IMG/VR virus record: IMGVR_UViG_3300024346_000003
Strand: one strand, 5' to 3'
Source of the DNA: a virus
Taxonomy: Duplodnaviria; Caudoviricetes
Length of the DNA: 64,000 nucleotides
Position 1 is the first letter of the stretch. Each line of letters opens with the position of its first letter. Shown one piece after another: positions 23,828 through 32,792 of the stretch. Both the position numbers and the translations under genes were made by a program. Under the pieces are notes generated by a model. The model had not been told where the DNA came from, ran no database searches, and was given only the letters and a program-made list of their open reading frames with translations.

Positions 23828-26068
23828 CTAACTTATTTTAATTTTTGATATATTATTTTCTTTGATAACAGTCACTATGTTGTCAGCCCAATCCTTAACA
23901 ATCTCATTTTGAGTTATAAAGAATATATTATCATACATATCTTTAACTTTATCAAATAACAATTTCATCTTCTCAACGTTATTTGGTGCAACTCTACCAA
24001 GTACTTCATCAAATGTTATAAAATTCGGCATGGATAATTTAGACATTTTACCTAATACACACCTCAAAGCCAAACTAGATGCGGTTCTTTCAAAACCACT
24101 ACCAGCTTTTAATTGTTTTTCTATATCATCTTTTATTAATAAATATCTAACTTCATTTTTATCGTCAATAGAAATTTCAACTTCAAAATCAGTTACATCA
24201 TCTAATAATCTTTGTAGTTCTGAATTGATAATCGGCAAAACTGACCTTAAAACTAATTTGCTAATGCCTTTCTTACCAATCATATCAATATACAATTTGT
24301 AAATCATTTCAATTTCCTTTTCTTTCTTGATTTGAACAATTAGTTTATCTTTGTTTACAATATCAGTACCATTTGATTCAATATCCAATAATACTCTTTG
24401 TATCTTGTTATTTATTTCAGTTTTTTGGTGGTCACAAACATTCAATTTAGTATCAACTGATGATATTGTAGCGTCAATATTTTTATTAGTATCAATAGCA
24501 CTTAAATTATCATTATATTTTTTTAAGTCAACTTTTTTAGATTTTAAATCATTTTTCAATGATGTTATCTCAACTTCAAACTTATCCTTACTTAATTCCA
24601 ATTTATTAACTTCATCAACCAATTTTTTAACAGTATTTAACTTAGTTAACTCATCATTCAACTTTTTTAATTTTTTGTTAATCTTATCAATTTCAGTTCC
24701 AATAGTTTTAGCTGTTGTTTCGTGTTCTAATATATGATTTGAATTATCAACATCATCTAACTTTCTATTACAAGCTTTACATATACCACCAGCAATCAAA
24801 TCTTCAACAACTTGATTTAATCTTTCAACTTCGGCAGATTTAACAGCGACAGATGTGTTTAATGTATTAACTTCATTAGTAATCTCAAAATGTCTATCTT
24901 CATCAAATACTAATGGTCCAATTTCTGTTATCCTTTCAACTATAGTATCAATTTCACCTTTGTATTCAATACCACTCTTAATTATTGCATCGATATCTTC
25001 TTGTAGTTTTGATGGGTTTAAGGTTAATATCTCAACATCAATTTTAATCTTACTGGAAACTAAATCTAACTTTTCATTTGTCAAATTAATAATTGATTTT
25101 TTTTCAGCATCTAATTTAAGATTTAAATCAATCTCAATTTCTTTTAGTTTAACTATATTCTCAGTATGTGTTTGAATCTCATCAGATAAAGTTACAATAT
25201 CATGTAAGTTTGATTTCATAGTTTTAGAAAACGTATTATACATGTTTCTAGCTATTTCTTCTTTTGTTTCAATAATATCAAGCCCAATGAATCTAGTTAA
25301 TAACTTACCACTTTCTCCAGATGTAAAATCAATTAAATCATCCAAATTTCTAGCAGTTGCTAATACAACTAATTCAAAATCCTTTTCAGTACCAATAGTA
25401 TCTCTAATCTTTTTGGTAGTTTTAGTTGCGTCCTCATCATTTAATACTTCTTCTTCACCATCAGGTAGTATTTTATAATAATTCAGCGTATTCTTTATAG
25501 TCCACCCACCTGATTTATTTTTAGACCTTTTCATGTTTCTTTCGATGATTATTTCCTCATCACCTTCAATCTCTATCATACCTCTAACAACTAATTCATT
25601 GTCATCACTATGTAAGTTAAAGACTTCCTCATTTCTATCAGTCTTTGTTGTTTTACCAAATAATAAGTATTTGATTGAATCAACAGTTAATGTTGTATTG
25701 TGTGATACTATACCATTGGTGTAATATTGATGAACTTCAGCTACTTGTATGTCATATAAAGTATCTTTAAAATCCATTAACTCAATGGTTTTAATTTTAC
25801 TAATCCCATCAATCGTTTGTATTGGTACTCCTACTTCAGCTTCTTTTAAATGAATGAATTCATCATTTTCATGTTTTAATTTATGGTAATCAGCACCTTC
25901 AACATACATACCATTTTCCAATTCACATCTATATATATCCGCATTTTCCTCGGTTATACCACACCATTCAATACCTTTAAAACCATATGGTGTTTCAACT
26001 TTAAACCCTAAATCACCATATTTTTGATAAATTTTATGTAATTCACCGATTGTTAATACTTTTTTCAT
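23828..26068 (-). CDS. sbcC: Split-intein C-fragment (124 aa) fused to the SbcC/Rad50 (gp46-like) C-terminal extein
   Basis: IntC with ADYH (block B), LYDIQV (block F), YYTNGIVSHN (block G), then T+1; extein has coiled coils, zinc hook CKAC, signature GSGFE, Walker B ITFDE. Confidence 0.92.
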   Translation of the reverse strand: MKKVLTIGELHKIYQKYGDLGFKVETPYGFKGIEWCGITEENADIYRCELENGMYVEGADYHKLKHENDEFIHLKEAEVGVPIQTIDGISKIKTIELMDFKDTLYDIQVAEVHQYYTNGIVSHNTTLTVDSIKYLLFGKTTKTDRNEEVFNLHSDDNELVVRGMIEIEGDEEIIIERNMKRSKNKSGGWTIKNTLNYYKILPDGEEEVLNDEDATKTTKKIRDTIGTEKDFELVVLATARNLDDLIDFTSGESGKLLTRFIGLDIIETKEEIARNMYNTFSKTMKSNLHDIVTLSDEIQTHTENIVKLKEIEIDLNLKLDAEKKSIINLTNEKLDLVSSKIKIDVEILTLNPSKLQEDIDAIIKSGIEYKGEIDTIVERITEIGPLVFDEDRHFEITNEVNTLNTSVAVKSAEVERLNQVVEDLIAGGICKACNRKLDDVDNSNHILEHETTAKTIGTEIDKINKKLKKLNDELTKLNTVKKLVDEVNKLELSKDKFEVEITSLKNDLKSKKVDLKKYNDNLSAIDTNKNIDATISSVDTKLNVCDHQKTEINNKIQRVLLDIESNGTDIVNKDKLIVQIKKEKEIEMIYKLYIDMIGKKGISKLVLRSVLPIINSELQRLLDDVTDFEVEISIDDKNEVRYLLIKDDIEKQLKAGSGFERTASSLALRCVLGKMSKLSMPNFITFDEVLGRVAPNNVEKMKLLFDKVKDMYDNIFFITQNEIVKDWADNIVTVIKENNISKIKIS
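25697..26068 (-). mobile_element. IntC of an atypically split intein
   Basis: MKKVLTIGEL...SHN ends at codon 25697-25699 (AAT); next codon ACA is Thr. Confidence 0.9.
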
Positions 26069-27084
26069 ATTTCTAAAAATTTTTTACATTTATTTATTAC
26101 ACCTTCTTTATTTCCCCATCTATATTCGGAATCCCATATAACCAACACTTCAAAACCCCCTTCAATAGCAACATCCAATTTCCTTTTATCCTTATTCCAC
26201 ATCTCTTGTGCTGTTATCGTATTTCTAAATGGATGCGGGTAATCTGTTGCTTTATATTTCTTGGGGTTTCCATGAAACATATCACCATGAAACTCAATTA
26301 TTTTTTTATTATTGACATCAGTAAAATCATATAACCAAATTCCACCTTCTGATTCACATTTATCTAATTTATATTCTTTATTGTGAGTAGCGAAATAAAT
26401 ATTATTTCTATTATCAATATCATAGGTTTCCAATAAAACATTAAATAAATCTTGTGATATTTTAGAATACCCTATTTTTAAATTACCACCAGATGATAAT
26501 GACTTAGACCATTTATTTTGCCTTTCAGTGAAAATCATTAAACCTTTTTCTTCACCGTGTTTTTTAATACACCCCTCTTTTGAAAATGTTTTTTGTCTTT
26601 CTGAACGTTTTATTATTGATTCTTCTTCAGAATATCCTTTATTTAACCAATATTGAAGATTTGTACTTCCAAGTTTACCAGCAGCACTTCTTTTACCTTC
26701 TCGCTCTTCCCATTTTTTAATACCTTCTTTTTCACCAAATCTAGCTATACAACCTCTTAAAGAAACCATTTTTTGACCTTCAATTTGTAATATCGCTTCT
26801 TCTTCAGTGTAACCATTTTTAATCCAATATTCTTTATTAACTGGTCTAAGTGTTTTAATATGTTCTTTGGATTCATTATCACTAAGCCCCCTTTGATTCC
26901 AATACTTAATGGAATAAGGTGAACCTTTAGCTATCTTAATCCCACTTTTAATTAATCTATTTTTAATCACACTTTCATCGACACCATATTTTTTAGCTAT
27001 ATTATAAACACCCTCTAATTGATTTAAATACATATCAACCATATTTTTAATTTCACCTTCTGTAAATTCATACCTTTTTCCCAT
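26065..27084 (-). CDS. Free-standing homing endonuclease, Vsr-like/EDxHD family
   Basis: N-terminal HTH, repeated YWxxxGYxEEE units, C-terminal SKISQ...YDF...IIEFHGDMFHGNP...W.KD..K...GFEVLVIWDSE; ATG 27084 preferred; TGA overlaps the IntC ATG (ATGA). Confidence 0.8.
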   Translation of the reverse strand: MGKRYEFTEGEIKNMVDMYLNQLEGVYNIAKKYGVDESVIKNRLIKSGIKIAKGSPYSIKYWNQRGLSDNESKEHIKTLRPVNKEYWIKNGYTEEEAILQIEGQKMVSLRGCIARFGEKEGIKKWEEREGKRSAAGKLGSTNLQYWLNKGYSEEESIIKRSERQKTFSKEGCIKKHGEEKGLMIFTERQNKWSKSLSSGGNLKIGYSKISQDLFNVLLETYDIDNRNNIYFATHNKEYKLDKCESEGGIWLYDFTDVNNKKIIEFHGDMFHGNPKKYKATDYPHPFRNTITAQEMWNKDKRKLDVAIEGGFEVLVIWDSEYRWGNKEGVINKCKKFLEI

Positions 27085-27145
27085 GCTTATTATATTTTTA
27101 TATAAATATAACCTTATAACCAAAAAGGTAAAGAGATGTGGTAAT

Positions 27146-27733
27146 TTATTTTAACTCATCTGGTAAAAAACCTAGTTTTTTAATAATTTCATCAGTATTA
27201 TATTCTATAGTAACCTTAGTATCAGACCTAATACATTTACCACCTTGATTTTCTGGAATTGAGTTGACAACTGTTAACCCTCTAAAGTGATTCATAGGGA
27301 AAAAATTATCATTACCAAATGATAAGAAGTTATTTAATGTAACCCATTTTAGATTCCATCGTTTGTATGACACTTCATCATTGTCACTATTTAATTCACC
27401 ATTAACTTTATCATCTAAAGCATATAATCTTTCAATACTAACAGTTTTGTTATTCCTACTTAACCATTCCTTGAATAATTCTCTTTGGTAAGCAGTATCC
27501 ATGATGTTATCAATTGATGCACCATCAATTTGTATTAACTTACCATTCTTACCAATTCTAACTGGTCTATACTCAACCTGGATATTATTTTTATCAATAC
27601 CATATTTTTTAGCGAAATACCTTTGAACTCTATTCTTAGATTCTCTACTATAATTCTCTGGGGTATCATCCCAATATACCTTTATTCTCGCATTCTTAGG
27701 TATATTTAAAACCTCTTTAACATTACTCACCAT
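27146..27733 (-). CDS. sbcC: SbcC/Rad50 N-terminal extein fused to a 29-aa split-intein N-fragment
   Basis: WNLKWVTLNNFLSFG...GLTVV...ENQGGK (Walker A broken after K) followed by CIRSDTKVTIEY...ELK*; ATG 27733 preferred over TTG 27766. Confidence 0.88.
   Translation of the reverse strand: MVSNVKEVLNIPKNARIKVYWDDTPENYSRESKNRVQRYFAKKYGIDKNNIQVEYRPVRIGKNGKLIQIDGASIDNIMDTAYQRELFKEWLSRNNKTVSIERLYALDDKVNGELNSDNDEVSYKRWNLKWVTLNNFLSFGNDNFFPMNHFRGLTVVNSIPENQGGKCIRSDTKVTIEYNTDEIIKKLGFLPDELK
27149..27235 (-). mobile_element. IntN of an atypically split intein (29 aa)
   Basis: Cys1 codon at 27233-27235; block A-like CIRSDTKV. Confidence 0.85.
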
Positions 27734-28136
27734 AAATATCTTTCTTTTTATTCTTACTTTGCTCAATTTCTAATTTTTGCAAGGTATTATTCCATTCTAA
27801 TTGAAAGTGTTCCATTTCTTTTTTATAATAATCACGGTCAGTTTCCAATTTAGTGATTTGGTCAGCTAAAGTTTTTATTTCAGTATTATCAGTAATATAT
27901 ACTTCTTTTTCAACTGGTACTTCAACTATCTTTTCAACAATTTTATCCACTTTTACCTCAATTATTTTTTCAACAATCTTTTCAACTATTCGTTCTTTGG
28001 CTGTTGGTGCTGCTCCATACTTTTCAACAGTAAACCCTTGAGATACCATTTTTAATATGAAGTCATCAATATTGGGTATGTCATTCAAACGACAATAATC
28101 CCAAATTTCTTCTTTAACTTTTTTAGGAATTTCCAT
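27723..28136 (-). CDS. Hypothetical protein with VEKIVE repeats
   Basis: IVEKIVEKIIEVKVDKIVEKIVEVPVEKEV. Confidence 0.7.
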   Translation of the reverse strand: MEIPKKVKEEIWDYCRLNDIPNIDDFILKMVSQGFTVEKYGAAPTAKERIVEKIVEKIIEVKVDKIVEKIVEVPVEKEVYITDNTEIKTLADQITKLETDRDYYKKEMEHFQLEWNNTLQKLEIEQSKNKKKDIYGE

Positions 28137-28368
28137 CGTTATTTTTTGCTGAATTTATTATTTCATTCACTTCTTCTTGTGATTGATGCAGTAATAAAAA
28201 CTCACCAGTTTCCTCATCAATCTCTAAATGAATTATTGGTTTATCAACCCTAGCATAATACCCAGTTTCTGTTAATTCACTCACTTCACCATTAACCATT
28301 TCAAATTCATCCATATGTTCTGGAATTGAATTTAAAAATGATTTTAATTCTTTAATTGTTATTCCCAT
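28123..28368 (-). CDS. Hypothetical protein
   Basis: ORF track. Confidence 0.7.
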   Translation of the reverse strand: MGITIKELKSFLNSIPEHMDEFEMVNGEVSELTETGYYARVDKPIIHLEIDEETGEFLLLHQSQEEVNEIINSAKNNDGNS

Positions 28369-28371
28369 AAT

Positions 28372-29436
28372 TTAATGTGTTAATTCTTTTATTTTATCAA
28401 TTATAATTTCATTGTCATATCTATCTGAAATAGATTTAGCAAAAAATACTCTATCTGTTGTCATACCTTCAGTCATTTCAGCTAGTTCATAATTACCATC
28501 CAAAATTTCTAATCGCTTAGCAAAGTTTGGTCCTGTGATTTCTCTAACATATTTCATTCTTGATGGTCTTTCTTTAATCGATGAATCAATCTTCTCAATG
28601 TCATTACAGGTCATAAAGAATACTACTTGGTTATATTCATTATAAACACCGTCTAATGCGCTTAATATAACATCATATGTGAATTTAACTTCATTGTTTT
28701 TGATTACACATTCACGTTTATTAAAATAGTTATCAAAATCCTCAAATAATACTATACATCTTTTAGGTATATCACTAAACATTAATAATATATCTAAATT
28801 ATTATATTCTGGATTTAAATATATTGTATATATCGGTAGGTTATATTTTACTGAGAAATATTTTATTAACCTAGTTTTACCAGTTCCAGGTAAACCATGT
28901 AATAATGCACTAGTTTTACCAACACCAGATTCTAAAATTTCTACAATGTCAGCTTCAATATCTTCATATTGGTCATCATTGATGTATACCTTAGGTTCTT
29001 CAAGTTTTGATAACTCACCTAGTTTATCAGAACCCCATGGTGCTAAAAACATAACATTAACATGCTCTTTAGTATCGACACACGCTTTAATTAAATTCTC
29101 GACTTTAGTCCTTTGCCACCTTAAAAAGTATAATTCAGATATTGTTTCTTTTGATTGCCAACCAGCATTTAATAAACGTTCACTTCTACTGAAGTACATG
29201 AATACACCTTTAACTATCACAAATGAAGAGTAAGTTGCTGGATATTTCTTATTAATACTTATCTCATTATTAATCTCAAGTTTCCATTTAGCTTTTTGTA
29301 AATGTGGTAATAAATTCTTACTTAAATTATCATCCAATCGCATATGTTTTGATACGATGTATCGCATTATAGCCCATATTGAGACTAATATACTACCTAT
29401 AATACCTAATAAAGACCAAATCCCTATATTTCCCAT
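28372..29436 (-). CDS. Membrane-anchored AAA+ ATPase (BCS1-like)
   Basis: N-terminal TM; LLHGLPGTGKT; IVLFEDFD; LSALDG; FMTCN; RPSR. Confidence 0.85.
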   Translation of the reverse strand: MGNIGIWSLLGIIGSILVSIWAIMRYIVSKHMRLDDNLSKNLLPHLQKAKWKLEINNEISINKKYPATYSSFVIVKGVFMYFSRSERLLNAGWQSKETISELYFLRWQRTKVENLIKACVDTKEHVNVMFLAPWGSDKLGELSKLEEPKVYINDDQYEDIEADIVEILESGVGKTSALLHGLPGTGKTRLIKYFSVKYNLPIYTIYLNPEYNNLDILLMFSDIPKRCIVLFEDFDNYFNKRECVIKNNEVKFTYDVILSALDGVYNEYNQVVFFMTCNDIEKIDSSIKERPSRMKYVREITGPNFAKRLEILDGNYELAEMTEGMTTDRVFFAKSISDRYDNEIIIDKIKELTH

Positions 29437-29441
29437 GTTTT

Positions 29442-30266
29442 TTACAAATTAGTTATTATTTCATTGTCATTCTCAATATCATCTAATGATTTTATTCTGA
29501 ATTGGTAAAAACCATAATCAGTTTCAATATCATGTTCCTGACAAGTTTTACTTTCTATGTCCCAAAATAGGAATCCATGTTTTGTTACAGTTTCACCAAA
29601 GTTTTGTTGAATTAAACTTGATGGATAAGCAATTGGGATACCATTATGGTTCCATATCTGTCTCTTATGTATATCACCCATCATTACTATATCGCAACCC
29701 TCAAAATGCTCAAAACTTAAACCATGGTCGAATTCATAACCAATATCAGTTCTAGCACCCAAAACTGGTGCATGATATAAACCAATGTATGTTTTATCAT
29801 CACCAAATTCATTTCTAGCTTTTTCTATATCAGGTCTAGCGTTTTCATCAAAAATAGAATACACACACCAAACTATATTGTTATCCAAATAACAAGAGCT
29901 TTCGCCAGTGTAATAGTTAATACTTAAACCTGGTAATAATTTAACCATAGGGGTTAATGAATCAATTCTATCCTTATTATTTTCCAATAAGTCGTGATTA
30001 CCAGCAATCATAACAACAGTTGCTATTGATTCAAGTTTTCTTAAAAACCAAGTACCTAAAATTAATAATTCATTGGAGATTGTAATCTTTTGATGAACAT
30101 AGTCTCCAGCAATAACAATTCTAATTTCTTCTCGGTCATAATCTTTAACCAAATTCCTTATTTTTTTTAAGGTGGTCTTAAAAGTTTCACCGTACTCTTC
30201 ATGCATCCTAAATGTCCTCAAATGTATGTCAGCCATGTGGATTACTACTTTTACTTTTTTATCCAT
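29442..30266 (-). CDS. sbcD: SbcD/Mre11 (gp47-like) metallophosphoesterase nuclease
   Basis: ADIH, GD, GNHD, H, GDIH, YPSS motifs; only 274 aa. Confidence 0.88.
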   Translation of the reverse strand: MDKKVKVVIHMADIHLRTFRMHEEYGETFKTTLKKIRNLVKDYDREEIRIVIAGDYVHQKITISNELLILGTWFLRKLESIATVVMIAGNHDLLENNKDRIDSLTPMVKLLPGLSINYYTGESSCYLDNNIVWCVYSIFDENARPDIEKARNEFGDDKTYIGLYHAPVLGARTDIGYEFDHGLSFEHFEGCDIVMMGDIHKRQIWNHNGIPIAYPSSLIQQNFGETVTKHGFLFWDIESKTCQEHDIETDYGFYQFRIKSLDDIENDNEIITNL

Positions 30267-30570
30267 ATTTTTCTTTATATTTTATACTCGCATTTGGTTC
30301 TAATATCTCTGGATTTGCAATAGGTTCAAGTAGCATTGTATCTTTTGCATACAAATATATAACTTTACCATTCAACATTTCAAATGCATGCCTACCCTTA
30401 TTATGTTTAAACCCTTTATCTAATTTACCGATAAACTTAACTGGGGTATTTATTAATGGTTTATGTTTGAATGTTATAAAGTTATAATCATACCACATAC
30501 CATCCAAATAGTATGTATCACCTATAACACACTTATTAACTGTTATTTCGTTATCTAATTTTTTATCCAT
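30259..30570 (-). CDS. Hypothetical protein
   Basis: ORF track; overlaps both neighbours. Confidence 0.6.
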   Translation of the reverse strand: MDKKLDNEITVNKCVIGDTYYLDGMWYDYNFITFKHKPLINTPVKFIGKLDKGFKHNKGRHAFEMLNGKVIYLYAKDTMLLEPIANPEILEPNASIKYKEKYG

Positions 30571-31330
30571 GCATTAATTGTGTTTGAAATTTGTGATGTT
30601 CTAATAATTTTTTAGCTTCACTCTTTAAATACATAACTGGTATTTTACTCATGACTTCAGCTTCTTTATCCCAGTACCCAATCCATATCTGTCTACACTT
30701 TCTATGTGGGAACTCCATTTCGTACATTAGAGCGTATGTACTTAGCTGTAATGAATATATTGAGTACTGACAGTCTTGCATGTGCTCAAATGGCTTTAAA
30801 AGCGTCTTAAACCCAAAGTTATTGAAGAAGTTAAACTCCCTATTCGTTTTCCAGTCACCAACATCGAAAAATTCATCATCAATATCAATGATTAAATCCG
30901 ATGTACCAGCTAATTTGTATTCAGAAGAAAACATTATCCTTTCTGGCCAAATAGTAGCACCCTCATCAAACTTCATTCTTTCATACTCTTGAATAACTTT
31001 TTTCTGTAAATCATTATCAGGAAAAAACCACTTATCATTTAACAAATACTCTTCAATAGTTTCGTGAACATGTGTACCATATTCATTCGCAGTATCATTT
31101 AGCATTTGCCAGTAATCCAGTATCTGAATTTTGGTCATACCAATATACCTTTCTTGCTTATTGTTATCAGCTTGCTTTACAATTGCCTCAGCAATTGAAT
31201 CGCTATCGAAATGTGGTTCAACACTACTTAAAACTTTTGTTACTGATGTATACTTAATACCTGTCTCTCTATGAATATAAACGTGTTCAATAGGTTCTAA
31301 GTATACAGGTCCTTCCCAAATTTTTGCCAT
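30563..31330 (-). CDS. PD-(D/E)XK exonuclease (RecB/Cas4-like fold)
   Basis: SVTKVL, GTHVHETIE, LAGTSD, VGDWKT, QLSTY. Confidence 0.85.
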   Translation of the reverse strand: MAKIWEGPVYLEPIEHVYIHRETGIKYTSVTKVLSSVEPHFDSDSIAEAIVKQADNNKQERYIGMTKIQILDYWQMLNDTANEYGTHVHETIEEYLLNDKWFFPDNDLQKKVIQEYERMKFDEGATIWPERIMFSSEYKLAGTSDLIIDIDDEFFDVGDWKTNREFNFFNNFGFKTLLKPFEHMQDCQYSIYSLQLSTYALMYEMEFPHRKCRQIWIGYWDKEAEVMSKIPVMYLKSEAKKLLEHHKFQTQLMHG

Positions 31331-31350
31331 GATTATTTATTATTTAATTG

Positions 31351-31381
31351 CAAATATACTTAATTTTAAATTACATTGCAA
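31351..31381 (-). promoter_or_regulatory. Bacteroidota-type sigma70 promoter
   Basis: TTG-N20-TATATTTG. Confidence 0.7.
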
Positions 31382-31413
31382 TATTTATATAATAAACCTT
31401 ATTTTAATTTAAA

Positions 31414-31791
31414 ATGAAAGACTTTATAAAAACAAGATTATTGGAGAGTATCGAAAATGAAATTGATACTTCTAAGATAAGAATAAAAAAAACAATGGTT
31501 AATAATCTATTGGTGTATATTCCGTTTTATGATGGGGTTAGAATGGGTGCGTTTAGGTTAAGACCAGTGCCTGATGGTTTTAAAGTTTTTGAAACGCTTT
31601 TATACGATAAGTATCAGGGTAAAGGTTTAGGTAAAGGTATGTATAAGTATATCATTAGAGATTTATCAAAAGAAAGTAAAATTTTATATTCTGATGATAA
31701 ACAATCAACTGATGCCGCTAGAGTATGGGATAGTTTAGTTTCAATGGGTATTGCTGAAAAAACTGGTAACACTTATAAATCAAAAGGTTAA
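31414..31791 (+). CDS. GNAT-family acetyltransferase with N-terminal leader
   Basis: YQGKGLGKGMY (motif A), SDDKQSTDAARVW (motif B-like). Confidence 0.75.
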   Translation: MKDFIKTRLLESIENEIDTSKIRIKKTMVNNLLVYIPFYDGVRMGAFRLRPVPDGFKVFETLLYDKYQGKGLGKGMYKYIIRDLSKESKILYSDDKQSTDAARVWDSLVSMGIAEKTGNTYKSKG

Positions 31792-32744
31792 TATATTTCT
31801 TCCTCACTAAGTCTTCTAGAATTCTTCAATAATTTTATTATACCTTTTTTACCCAATCTTTCAAATATTGATGATGAATCATGACCTTGTGGTGGCTTAC
31901 ATATCTTAACTCTACCATTTAATTCACCAAAGTCTAATTCTTTATAAATATTAATAGCATCTTCATATGCATCATCATCTAATAAAATAACAATATCAGC
32001 CTTAGCATTTTCAAGTAATAATTGTTTTATCTTATGTGATAGTATTTTACCTAACAATGGTATTGAGTTTGGTGTTACAATATGGTCAAATGGTCCTTCA
32101 ACCAAATATATGGTTGCATCAAAATTTATCTTTTTGTGATTGAAAACAATGTATTGCTTTTCAGCTTCTGGGTTTAAATACTTTGGGAATGTTCTAGTAC
32201 TAAATGACCTAGCAACAAAAAAGTTAACATCTCCAAATTCGTCATAAGATGGTATTATAACTCTATTCTTATACGTACCTTCATGAGCATACCCAATATT
32301 AAATTCTTTTATTATATCATCGGTTATACCTCTATCTTTTAGGTATTTCATAGCAAAATAATACTTTGGTTCGTAACCATTAGATTTAGTTAAAGGTATA
32401 AACTCTTTTGGTAGTGCCACATGAACTACTTTGTCTTCGTAAGACTCAACTTCATAATTACTTTCTGGTTTAACTAATATATAATCACGTAGGTTGGTTT
32501 TATTACCATATCTACTTATTAATTTTTCAATAGGACCATGCATGTTGTTTTTATATGAACATACCCAACATTTAAATACCCCTTTTTTGTAGTTTATTTC
32601 TAATTTAGCTTTACCATCACCATGGTCTAAAAACTTATCAGAACTACAAGCTGGACAATCAAATGATACTTGACATTTGTCTTCATTGTGTTTTTTGTGG
32701 TCACCTAGAAAGTTCTCTAAAATTTTAACTATTATATTCGACAT
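31788..32744 (-). CDS. dnaG: DNA primase (zinc ribbon plus TOPRIM)
   Basis: CPAC...CWVC; YLKDRGI; NRVIIP; KYLN; VEGPFD; LDDDA; ATG 32744 preferred. Confidence 0.9.
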   Translation of the reverse strand: MSNIIVKILENFLGDHKKHNEDKCQVSFDCPACSSDKFLDHGDGKAKLEINYKKGVFKCWVCSYKNNMHGPIEKLISRYGNKTNLRDYILVKPESNYEVESYEDKVVHVALPKEFIPLTKSNGYEPKYYFAMKYLKDRGITDDIIKEFNIGYAHEGTYKNRVIIPSYDEFGDVNFFVARSFSTRTFPKYLNPEAEKQYIVFNHKKINFDATIYLVEGPFDHIVTPNSIPLLGKILSHKIKQLLLENAKADIVILLDDDAYEDAINIYKELDFGELNGRVKICKPPQGHDSSSIFERLGKKGIIKLLKNSRRLSEEEIY

Positions 32745-32748
32745 ATTG

Positions 32749-32779
32749 CAAATATACAAACAATATATTTAAAAACCAA
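32749..32779 (-). promoter_or_regulatory. Bacteroidota-type sigma70 promoter
   Basis: TTG-N20-TATATTTG. Confidence 0.65.
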
Positions 32780-32792
32780 ATTTTAAAGTGAG

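Noticed and set aside
26065-27145. RNA splicing, frameshift or readthrough joining the two sbcC halves
   Set aside because: The intervening 1 kb is almost fully occupied by an endonuclease ORF, and both halves carry complementary intein motifs that explain the join.
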